A DNA stretch of 55,512 nucleotides. It comes from Actinomycetota bacterium. GTDB lineage: Bacteria; Actinomycetota; Acidimicrobiia; Acidimicrobiales; SZUA-35. Each line of letters starts with the position of its first letter. Position 1 is the stretch's first letter. Location of the stretch: the NCBI GenBank assembly GCA_039029715.1, contig JBCCFN010000001.1:1-55512 (forward strand). The letters are read 5' to 3'. Made by a program: the position numbers and the translations under genes. Positions 28,226 to 35,660 of this stretch are shown here, one piece after another. Below the pieces are notes generated by a model, which worked only from the letters and a program-made list of their open reading frames with translations, did not search any database and was not told where the DNA came from.

Positions 28226-29506
28226 CTAGCCGAGTTCGACGACGGCGCCGTCTCCGAAGGTGACCACTTCGCCCCCCTCGACCACGCCGGTGAAGCCGCC
28301 CCAGACGTGCAGTCGGGGGAACATCTCGGCCAGCGAGTGGGTGGGCGGGGTGCTGAAGTCGATGTTGGGGGCGATCCCGCCGGCGTTGAACCCGGACAGC
28401 TGGTTCATGGCCTCGAGCGCCCCTTCCCGGGTGAGCTCGCAGTCGGCACAGTCCCGGAGGGCCTGGTCAAGGGCCCAGACCCCGACGAAGGCGGTGGTGC
28501 CGAACTCGTCGGCCAGGAACTCCAGCCCACCGGTTGCCTCGAGCGCCTCCCGGTAGATGCCATAGCCCTCGGCCGCATTCGGGTTGTCCGGTGCCGCATA
28601 CCAGCGGGCGGTGATGATGCCCTCGGCGTTGTCGCCGGTGTTGGTCAGCGCACGGGAGCTGAAGTTGGTCGGACCGAACACCAGTTGGGCCTCGATGCCC
28701 TGCTGGGCCGCCGAGTTGATGACGCTCGGCGCCATCGGCGGCGACAGCAGGTGGAGCACCACGTCGGCGCCGGCGTACTGGGCGACGACCTGTCCGCCGT
28801 CGAGGGTGCCCTGGGTGACCTCGACGATCCGGGCAGACGGTTCGCAACCGTTGGCTTCGAGCGCTGCGTCGAAGCCGGGGGCGGTTGCCAGGATCGAGTC
28901 GTTCGCCACGAGGCTCAGATAGATGGTCTCACCGCCGAGCACGGTGCAGCCGATGCTCGCCTCCAGGGTGGCCAGCCCCTGGATCCCGGCGTTGGTCGGG
29001 AACGAGTTGGGGGTGGAGAAGGTGGACGGCAGGCAGGTCACCGGCCCGATGTTGGCCACGTTGTTCTCGGTCAGGATCGGGTAGGCGGTGTCATTGGTGC
29101 AGATCGCACTGCCGACGACGGCCAACGCCCCGGAGTCGACGACCTCCCTGGCGCACTCGGCGTTGACGTTGGGGTCGATCTCGCCGACGCAGACCTCGAG
29201 GTCGATCATGACCCCCCGCCCACCGATACCGCCGTTGTCGTTGATGAACTTCTCGGCCGCTTCCAGCCCGGCCCGAGCGTCCGGGAAGAACTGGCCCTGG
29301 GCCTCGTTCTCGTCGAGGATGCTGAAGACCTTCACCGTCTCGCCGCCGGCCGACTCGTCGCCGGTCTCGGATGCCGATGCGCTGTCGCTCGCTTCGCTGG
29401 CCGAGGCATCGGCCTCGTCGGTCGTGTCGTCGTCGCTGCCGCAGGCTGCAGCAATGAGCAGGACTGCGAACAGCGCAGCCAAGAACTTCCACCACTGTCT
29501 GGTCAT
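28226..29506 (-). CDS. ABC transporter substrate-binding lipoprotein (LivJ/K-type, periplasmic-binding-protein type 1)
   Basis: From ORF 28226..29941. The start is ATG 29506. The signal reads MTRQWWKFLAALFAVLLIAAAC-GS, followed by an acidic linker and a type-1 PBP fold. Confidence 0.8.
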   Translation of the reverse strand: MTRQWWKFLAALFAVLLIAAACGSDDDTTDEADASASEASDSASASETGDESAGGETVKVFSILDENEAQGQFFPDARAGLEAAEKFINDNGGIGGRGVMIDLEVCVGEIDPNVNAECAREVVDSGALAVVGSAICTNDTAYPILTENNVANIGPVTCLPSTFSTPNSFPTNAGIQGLATLEASIGCTVLGGETIYLSLVANDSILATAPGFDAALEANGCEPSARIVEVTQGTLDGGQVVAQYAGADVVLHLLSPPMAPSVINSAAQQGIEAQLVFGPTNFSSRALTNTGDNAEGIITARWYAAPDNPNAAEGYGIYREALEATGGLEFLADEFGTTAFVGVWALDQALRDCADCELTREGALEAMNQLSGFNAGGIAPNIDFSTPPTHSLAEMFPRLHVWGGFTGVVEGGEVVTFGDGAVVELG

Positions 29507-29594
29507 GTTTGGTCTCCCCTTGGGCCGGGCCGTTCCTCTCGGCCGAGCGCGTTGATCCGTACCGTAGATCGCCGTCCACGGGATTGTCCACTTT

Positions 29595-29606
29595 ATTGTG
29601 CACAAT
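29595..29606. promoter_or_regulatory. perfect palindrome ATTGTGCACAAT (candidate GntR operator)
   Basis: A 12-bp perfect palindrome, 8 nt after the sulfotransferase stop and 89 nt upstream of the binding-protein start. Confidence 0.5.
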
Positions 29607-29613
29607 TTGGTCT

Positions 29614-30237
29614 TCAGCTGTCGATCTGTCGGTTCTTGAAGTCGTCGGTCGTGTTGGCGTGTGCGGGTTTGGCGTCTGGGACCGGGACGTCGAGTCGCTC
29701 GCACAGTGGTTCCCAGCCGTCTGCCGGATGCCAGATCAGGAGGCGCTCGTCCGGCACGTGGGCGACGACGTCTGCGAAGTGGGTGTCGTATCGCCGGCGT
29801 GCGGCTTCCTCGGCCAGGTCGTGGCTGAATCCTGCGAGCTCTCGCATTCGCTGGTGGAAGCCGTCGAACAACTCGGGGGCGTCCCCGGCCATGATCTGCC
29901 GTTGCACCGACCAGACCGTGGCATCCGCACTGGCCCACCACTCCTCAGACGAGCTGCGATGGGACAGGATGACCAGTGCGTCTGGGTGGCGATCGGTCAG
30001 CTCGCGCCAGAACACCGACGCCGGCCAGTCGACGGCCGCGGCGAAGCCGGCCAGGATCTCGTCGAGGGTCTCGGTCTCGCCGTTCAGGGCCCGAGCCCAT
30101 CTGGGGCCATCCTCCTCGACCCGCTGGTGCAGGTCGATCATGTGGTAGCAGGGCGCAGCCAGGAGCTGCTCGAGCATCCGCTTGAGCGAGGTCGTGCCGG
30201 TTCGCGGCAGCCCCGCCCCGACGACTCTGAGTCCCAC
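29614..30237 (-). CDS. PAPS-type sulfotransferase family protein
   Basis: From ORF 29614..30747. GTG 30237 is preceded by GGGAGG at 7 nt. The N-terminal P-loop-like 5'-phosphosulfate-binding motif is VVGAGLPRTGTTSLKRML. About 207 aa, with no signal peptide. Confidence 0.6.
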   Translation of the reverse strand: MGLRVVGAGLPRTGTTSLKRMLEQLLAAPCYHMIDLHQRVEEDGPRWARALNGETETLDEILAGFAAAVDWPASVFWRELTDRHPDALVILSHRSSSEEWWASADATVWSVQRQIMAGDAPELFDGFHQRMRELAGFSHDLAEEAARRRYDTHFADVVAHVPDERLLIWHPADGWEPLCERLDVPVPDAKPAHANTTDDFKNRQIDS

Positions 30238-30264
30238 CTCGATGCCTCCCGGATCGTTCACTAT

Positions 30265-30276
30265 TTTGTGCACAAT
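30265..30276. promoter_or_regulatory. TTTGTGCACAAT box (candidate GntR operator, divergent sulfotransferase / CMD promoter)
   Basis: It matches the palindrome at 29595 in 11 of 12 positions. It lies 28 nt from the sulfotransferase start and 50 nt from the CMD start. Confidence 0.45.
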
Positions 30277-30325
30277 ACGACGGAGCGGTAGAGTCACGCA
30301 ACGCCAACCGTTTGCAAGGGGACCC

Positions 30326-30862
30326 ATGTCGTTCATTCCGGTGCTGGAGGCCGAGCCGCCAATCGGCGCTGCGGACCCCACAGCCGTACCGCCGATAGCG
30401 GAGCTCCGCGGCGTCTTCGCCCACTTCCCGACCGGCCTCGGCGCCTTCGACCAGATGTACCAGCGCATGGTCGGCAAGGGTCGCCTGGATCGGACCCTCC
30501 GCTTCGTGATCCTCGGTGCCTCCGCCCGGTGGCGGAACGATCCGTTCATCGCCTCGGCCATGTTTCGCCAGGCGATCGACGACGGCCTCACTGCGGTCGA
30601 GCTCGGAGATCTGATCGGTGAGGCGGAGAGCGGCGACCCGATCGGGGCGGAGGCCACGCTGCTCGGCTTCTGTCGGAAGGCGACCGAGACGGCGTTCAAG
30701 ATGATCCAGCGAGACGTCGACGCGCTCCGCACCGTCGGCTGGACCAATGGCCAGATCGTCGAGGCGGTGACGATGGTCAGCCTGTCCGGCTACATGACGG
30801 TGATGGCCGCCGGCGGTGGGCTCACGCAAACCCCAGGGCTGGAGGCCGAACCGTGGCGCTGA
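30326..30862 (+). CDS. AhpD/carboxymuconolactone-decarboxylase-like protein (no CxxC)
   Basis: From ORF 30182..30862. The start is ATG 30326. The helical CMD-like pattern (..RFVILGASARWRNDPFIASAMF.., ..EAVTMVSLSGYMTVM..) is present but without the Cys pair. Confidence 0.55.
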   Translation: MSFIPVLEAEPPIGAADPTAVPPIAELRGVFAHFPTGLGAFDQMYQRMVGKGRLDRTLRFVILGASARWRNDPFIASAMFRQAIDDGLTAVELGDLIGEAESGDPIGAEATLLGFCRKATETAFKMIQRDVDALRTVGWTNGQIVEAVTMVSLSGYMTVMAAGGGLTQTPGLEAEPWR

Positions 30863-31413
30863 TTCCCTATCCGGAGGCCGACTCGATCGACCCGGAGTCC
30901 CAGGCCGCCATCGACAAGTTCGCAAACGATCACGGCCGGCCGACGTTGCTCCGCCAGCTCCTGGCGTGGTCGCCACCCGCGCTCGAGGCGATGGACGATC
31001 TCTACCATCCGGTCTTCCTCGAAGGCTTGATGACACGGGACTTCAAGGAGATGCTGTTCGTCGCCGCCAGCCAGGCCCGCGAGCGTCCCTACTGCGCCGG
31101 CGGGCACTCCCGGCTGCTGGTCAAGGAGTTCGGCTACGACGAGGACGACGTCCGGGCGATCCGTGACGGCGAGGAGAACGACAACTGGGGTGCCAAGGAG
31201 ATGGCGCTGATCGACTATGTCCGGAAGATCGCCGTCGACCCCGCCGGGGTGACCCCGGAGGACCTGGAGGAGCCTCGCCGGCACGGCTGGACCGAGGCCG
31301 AGCTCGTCGAGGCCACGGCGATGGCGGCCCACTCGGTCTGGACCACCTCGGTGGCCCAGTCGTTCCATCTGGAGCACGACCTGATCGGTCCCGACTTCGA
31401 GGGGTATTTCTGA
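30853..31413 (+). CDS. AhpD/carboxymuconolactone-decarboxylase-like (peroxidase-related) protein
   Basis: ..MLFVAASQARERPYCAGGHSRLL.. and ..LVEATAMAAHSVWTTSV.. A single Cys-x3-His replaces CxxCxxH. GTG start overlapping the previous gene by 10 nt. Confidence 0.6.
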   Translation: MALIPYPEADSIDPESQAAIDKFANDHGRPTLLRQLLAWSPPALEAMDDLYHPVFLEGLMTRDFKEMLFVAASQARERPYCAGGHSRLLVKEFGYDEDDVRAIRDGEENDNWGAKEMALIDYVRKIAVDPAGVTPEDLEEPRRHGWTEAELVEATAMAAHSVWTTSVAQSFHLEHDLIGPDFEGYF

Positions 31414-31434
31414 CCGACCCCGGTCCGGCGTGCC

Positions 31435-31740
31435 ATGCTGATCGGCATGCACCGAGACCACCCCGTGACCGACTTCCAGGCCGTGATCGAGGCCGGAACC
31501 CAGTTCGTCGACGTCCGGGAACCGGATGAGGTGGCGGCCGGCACCCTTCCCGGCACCACGAACATCCCCCTCAGCGATCTCCCGGACCGCATCGCCGAGT
31601 TGGACCGGTCCCAGCGGGTCGTCGTGTTGTGTCGTAGCGGCGGGCGGAGCACCAAGGCCGCCGAGTTCCTGGTCGCCTCCGGGTTCTCGGACGTGATCAA
31701 CCTGGAGGGTGGCATGTTGGCCTGGGAGGAGCAGGGCTGA
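31435..31740 (+). CDS. single-domain rhodanese (sulfurtransferase)
   Basis: ..FVDVREPDEVAAGTLPGTTNIPL.. with the active-site loop VVLCRSGGRS and ..GGMLAW... Confidence 0.88.
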   Translation: MLIGMHRDHPVTDFQAVIEAGTQFVDVREPDEVAAGTLPGTTNIPLSDLPDRIAELDRSQRVVVLCRSGGRSTKAAEFLVASGFSDVINLEGGMLAWEEQG

Positions 31741-31777
31741 CCGGTCGGGGGCTGCCTGACCGGGCGGGCTCCCGTCG

Positions 31778-33283
31778 CTACTCGTCGAGGACCTGGAACT
31801 GTCCCATCATGCCGGAGTCCTCGTGGTCGAGGATGTGGCAGTGGAACATGTAGCCCATCGTCGGGTTGGTGTAGGTGTCGAACCGGGCGGCCACCACGAC
31901 CGTCTGGTCGCCGGTGACCAGCACCGTGTCCTCCCAGCCCGCGTCCTCCGGCGGCGGTGGTGCGCCGTTGATCTCCAGGATCTGGAACTGGGTCTGATGG
32001 ACATGGAAGGTGTGGATGCCTTCGGGGGCCGACAGCGTCCACCGCTCCGTGGCGCCGAACTGGATGGTCTCGTCGATGCGGGCCGGGTCCATCTGCTGGC
32101 CGTTGATTCCCCAGCCCTCGCCGACCGCCTCCATCACAAACGACCGCTCGTTGTCGAACCCGTCAGGGGCGAAGCGGGGTACGACCGCCAGCGCATCTGG
32201 GATCCTCCCGGTCCCGGCCTCGGCCGGGTCCGGCCGTAGCTCGACGACCCGCTCGAAGTCGGCGTCGATGAGGTTGACCACCCCATCGGAGGTGTCGATC
32301 ACGATCTCGGCCCGGTCGCCCGGCCCGATCAGCAGTTCGGTCAGCTCGACCGGTCGGCTGAGGAAGCCGCCATCGGAGGCGACCTTGGTGAAGGCCGCAC
32401 CGGTGTCGAGGCTCAGCTGGTAGACCCGGGCCTGGCTGCCGTTGAGGAGGCGGAGCCGCACCAGCCCGGCCGGCACGTCGACGTAGGGGTTCATGGTCCC
32501 GTTGACCGTCAGCTCCGGATTGAGGTCGCCGTTGTCGTCGAGATCGAGCTCGAAGTCCAGCTGGCCGGCGGCGTCGAATTCCCGGTCCTGCAGGATGATC
32601 GGGATGTCGTCAACCCCGTAGGTGTGTGGGAGCGCATCGACGGCTGCGGTGTCGTCCTCGACGATGATGAGCCCGGCGGCTCCGGCGTAGACCTGGGCCG
32701 CGGTCAGGTCCTTGAGGTGGGGGTGGTACCACAGGGTGGCCGCCGGCTGGATGACCTCGAACGATGCAGTCCAGGTGTCGCCGGTGTCGATCCGGCTCCC
32801 TGGCCCGCCGTCGGCCTCCACCGGCACGTCCGCACCGTGCCAGTGGGTGGTCGTCGCCTCCTCCGGCAGGTTGTTCGTGACGTCAAGCGACACCTGGTCG
32901 CCGGTCCGCCACAGCAGGGTCGGGCCGAGGACTGACGTCTGGTTGTAGGCGATGGTCTCACTGGCGACACCGTCGCGGAACACATGGCTCGAGGCGTCGA
33001 GGCTGAGCTGGTAGGTGGCGACGCCGTCGATCATCGTCGGCTCCAGCAGCTCCGGGATCTCGAGCGGGTTGACCGCCGGGGTCTCGGTGCTGACCACGTT
33101 GGCGAACCCGCCGCCGTTGAACCCCTCATCGAAGGGCTGGAAGACCACGACGGCGGCGGCCAGTCCGCCGATGACGACCGCAGCCAGCGCAGCCGACACC
33201 GCCAGTCGGCGGATGCGGCGCCCGGTCCTGGGCGATCCCTTGGCGTCGGCGGGGGGCGATGTCGGTCGCTCGGTGGTCGTCAT
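31778..33283 (-). CDS. multicopper oxidase (laccase/CueO-like) with an N-terminal Arg-rich signal or anchor
   Basis: From ORF 31778..33712. The start is ATG 33283. Copper motifs: HWHG, WYHPH, HTFHVH, HCHILDHEDSGMM. The N-terminus is GRRIRRLAVSAALAAVVIGGLAAAVVVF. Confidence 0.9.
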   Translation of the reverse strand: MTTTERPTSPPADAKGSPRTGRRIRRLAVSAALAAVVIGGLAAAVVVFQPFDEGFNGGGFANVVSTETPAVNPLEIPELLEPTMIDGVATYQLSLDASSHVFRDGVASETIAYNQTSVLGPTLLWRTGDQVSLDVTNNLPEEATTTHWHGADVPVEADGGPGSRIDTGDTWTASFEVIQPAATLWYHPHLKDLTAAQVYAGAAGLIIVEDDTAAVDALPHTYGVDDIPIILQDREFDAAGQLDFELDLDDNGDLNPELTVNGTMNPYVDVPAGLVRLRLLNGSQARVYQLSLDTGAAFTKVASDGGFLSRPVELTELLIGPGDRAEIVIDTSDGVVNLIDADFERVVELRPDPAEAGTGRIPDALAVVPRFAPDGFDNERSFVMEAVGEGWGINGQQMDPARIDETIQFGATERWTLSAPEGIHTFHVHQTQFQILEINGAPPPPEDAGWEDTVLVTGDQTVVVAARFDTYTNPTMGYMFHCHILDHEDSGMMGQFQVLDE

Positions 33284-33311
33284 GGTGTCGTCCGTTCGTC
33301 TGTTGTGCCCA

Positions 33312-33968
33312 TCAGCGCTTCTGGAGCAGGGTGAGGCCGTCTGAGATTGGCAGCATGACGGTGTCCCACCGGTGGTCCGTGGTCCGGGCGTCGTTGAACG
33401 CCCGGATCGCGACGGTCGACTCGTCCTGGGCCCGGTCGTCGACCACCCGGCCCCGCTGGAGCACGTTGTCGACCATGACCACACCGCCGGGGCGGAGCCT
33501 GGGGTGGACCAAGTCAAGGTAGGTCTCGTAGCCGGTCTTGTCTGCGTCGATGAAGGCGATGTCGAACTGTGTGCTGGTCGGGATCGCCGCCAGGGTCTCG
33601 GCTGCCGGCCCGATCCGTAGTTCGATGCGATCGGCCAGGCCCGCCTCCTCCCACGCCGCCCGGCCGATGGCGGTCCACTCCTCGGACACGTCGAGGCAGA
33701 CCAGCCGCCCACCGTCCCGGAGGCCTCGGGCGATGCAGATGGCCGAGTAGCCGGTGAACGTCCCGATCTCCAGCGCCAGCTCGGCGTCGATCAGCCGGGT
33801 CAGCCAGGTCATGAAGCCGCCCTGGGCGGTGTCGATCTGCATGCCGGCTCGGCGCCCGGTCAGCTCCAGGGTCTGCTCCCTCAGCCGGCGGAGGATTTGG
33901 TCCGGCGGGGTCCCGTTGGCGACGACGTACCGGTGCAGCTCACTGCTGATCTCGATCGGGTTGGCCAC
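33312..33968 (-). CDS. class I SAM-dependent O-methyltransferase (caffeoyl-CoA OMT-like, cation-dependent type)
   Basis: From ORF 33312..34031. Motifs: ALEIGTFTGYSAI, IAFIDADK, GGVVMVDNVL. The start is proposed at GTG 33968 (AAGGGAG upstream). Confidence 0.85.
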   Translation of the reverse strand: MANPIEISSELHRYVVANGTPPDQILRRLREQTLELTGRRAGMQIDTAQGGFMTWLTRLIDAELALEIGTFTGYSAICIARGLRDGGRLVCLDVSEEWTAIGRAAWEEAGLADRIELRIGPAAETLAAIPTSTQFDIAFIDADKTGYETYLDLVHPRLRPGGVVMVDNVLQRGRVVDDRAQDESTVAIRAFNDARTTDHRWDTVMLPISDGLTLLQKR

Positions 33969-34001
33969 GGCCGGAGCTCCCTTCGCACCACTGAAGATTG
34001 C

Positions 34002-34027
34002 ACACTGTACAGGAATTTGTACACTGT
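34002..34027. promoter_or_regulatory. ACACTGTACA-N6-TGTACACTGT near-palindrome (candidate TetR operator)
   Basis: A 10-bp inverted repeat with one mismatch. It sits in the 66-nt divergent gap between the OMT and TetR genes and ends 8 nt before the TetR ATG. Confidence 0.4.
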
Positions 34028-34034
34028 TCAAGAT

Positions 34035-34688
34035 ATGGGGCTACGGGAAGAGAATGCCGAGCTGCGGCGCCAGCGCATCCTCGCCGCCACGCGCGACCTT
34101 ATAGCCCGTGACGGGGTCGATGGCTGGTCGATGCGCAAGGTCGCAGCTGCCGCCCGCGTGTCGGTCCCGACCCTCTACAACCTGTTCGACTCCAAGGAGC
34201 AGATCCGGGTCGCCCTGTGCGCCGAGTTCTTCGAGGAGCTGGATCGCTCCGCAGTCCCGGACGGGTCCCCCGAGCGGCCGCTCGACATGGTCTTGGCCCT
34301 GGTCGGGCGGAGCGTCGATCAGGTCGTGGAACGGGAGCGGACCAGCCGTCCGTCGCTGCTGGCCCAGGAGGCCGCCGGCGTCGTGCACCGGACCGCACCG
34401 ATGGCCATCGAGCGCTACCGCGCCGGCATCCAAGCGGCCATGGACGCTGGGCAGCTTCGGACCGATCTCGACGCCGGGCTGTTGGCTGCCAGCGCCTATG
34501 ACGGGTTCTATCGGGCCGCCATCGGATGGGCTCGGGGTGCGCTCGATCTCGGTCGCTTCCGGTCGGCGGCAATCGCCGCCGTCTGTCTCTGCCTGCTGGC
34601 CGTCGCCACAGACGACTCGCGTCCACAGTTGCTCATCGGTGCTCGGGGTATGGCGCGGGGTGTTGAGCGGTCGATGTCCGCGCCGTGA
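34035..34688 (+). CDS. TetR/AcrR family transcriptional regulator
   Basis: From ORF 33897..34688. The start is ATG 34035. HTH: ILAATRDLIARDGVDGWSMRKVAAAARVSVPTLYNLFDSK. Confidence 0.88.
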   Translation: MGLREENAELRRQRILAATRDLIARDGVDGWSMRKVAAAARVSVPTLYNLFDSKEQIRVALCAEFFEELDRSAVPDGSPERPLDMVLALVGRSVDQVVERERTSRPSLLAQEAAGVVHRTAPMAIERYRAGIQAAMDAGQLRTDLDAGLLAASAYDGFYRAAIGWARGALDLGRFRSAAIAAVCLCLLAVATDDSRPQLLIGARGMARGVERSMSAP

Positions 34689-34849
34689 GTGCATTGGCTC
34701 CGGCGCCGACGTCGATCCAGCGATAGGCTCCTCGTCGCCGACGGTCCCGGCACCGGGTCGGCCGTCGGTGATCGAAGGAGGCCCGTGGTGCCAAACCGGC
34801 GCTCGATCGCGCAGAGGTCTGTCGCCGTTCGGCGGCCCGGCGGTCGCCA

Positions 34850-35617
34850 ATGACCGGCCGACGGCGGCCGACCGCCGTGGTGACCGGGGCCTCGGGTGGG
34901 ATCGGCTCGGCCATCGCCCGCCGCCTGGCCGCTGACGGTCATCGGGTCGTCGTCGGCTATCACCGATCGGTCGAACGGGCGGACGAGCTCGTCGCCTCGC
35001 TGGCCGGCGACGGGCATCGGGCGGCCCGGATCTCGGTGCTGGAACCGGACTCCCTGGCTGCCCTGGCCGATGACCTCCGGGCCGAGGTCGGGCGCCTCGA
35101 GGTCTTGGTCAACTGCGCCGGTGTGACCCGTCCGGTGGCCCACGATGATCTCGACGGTCTCGATGACGAGCTGATCGGCGAGATCTTCGCAACCAACTGG
35201 CGCGGCCCGTTCGCCGCCATCCGGGCCCTCCGGCCGCTCCTCGAGGAGCCGTCGGCCCAGGGTGATCCGGCCGCTGTCGTGGTCAACATCTCGTCGATCG
35301 CCGGGGTGACCGGCCAGGGCTCGAACGTGGCCTACTGCGCCTCGAAGGCGGCGCTCGACTCGATGACCCGGTCCCTCGGTCGGGCCCTGGCCCCGTCGAT
35401 CCGGATGGTGTCGGTGTCGCCCGGTTGGGTCCTCGGGGAGTATGCGGACCGGATGCCGCCCGGGGCGCTCGACGTGCAGACCCAGGCCACCCCGCTCGGT
35501 CGGCTGGCCACGCCGGACGACGTGGCTGCTGCAGTCAGCGCCGCGGTCCACACCCTGACCTTCACCACCGGCGCCGTGATTGGTGTCGACGGTGGCCGGA
35601 TCCTGGGAACGAGCTGA
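34850..35617 (+). CDS. SDR family oxidoreductase
   Basis: Motifs: VTGASGGIGSAIA, NCAG, YCASKAAL, SPG. Confidence 0.88.
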   Translation: MTGRRRPTAVVTGASGGIGSAIARRLAADGHRVVVGYHRSVERADELVASLAGDGHRAARISVLEPDSLAALADDLRAEVGRLEVLVNCAGVTRPVAHDDLDGLDDELIGEIFATNWRGPFAAIRALRPLLEEPSAQGDPAAVVVNISSIAGVTGQGSNVAYCASKAALDSMTRSLGRALAPSIRMVSVSPGWVLGEYADRMPPGALDVQTQATPLGRLATPDDVAAAVSAAVHTLTFTTGAVIGVDGGRILGTS

Positions 35618-35660
35618 GGTCGTGGCTGGCGATCCATCGTCGGGGCTGCGGTGGCGTGGA

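Noticed and set aside
28124-30148. A 674-aa plus-strand ORF across the binding-protein and sulfotransferase region.
   Set aside because: It is antisense to a clear lipoprotein binding protein and the sulfotransferase. Its translation has no motifs and has the typical GC-frame composition.
31741-31763. A bidirectional terminator between the convergent rhodanese and multicopper-oxidase genes.
   Set aside because: It has only a 6-bp stem (ccggtc/gaccgg) with an 11-nt loop, which is too weak to call.
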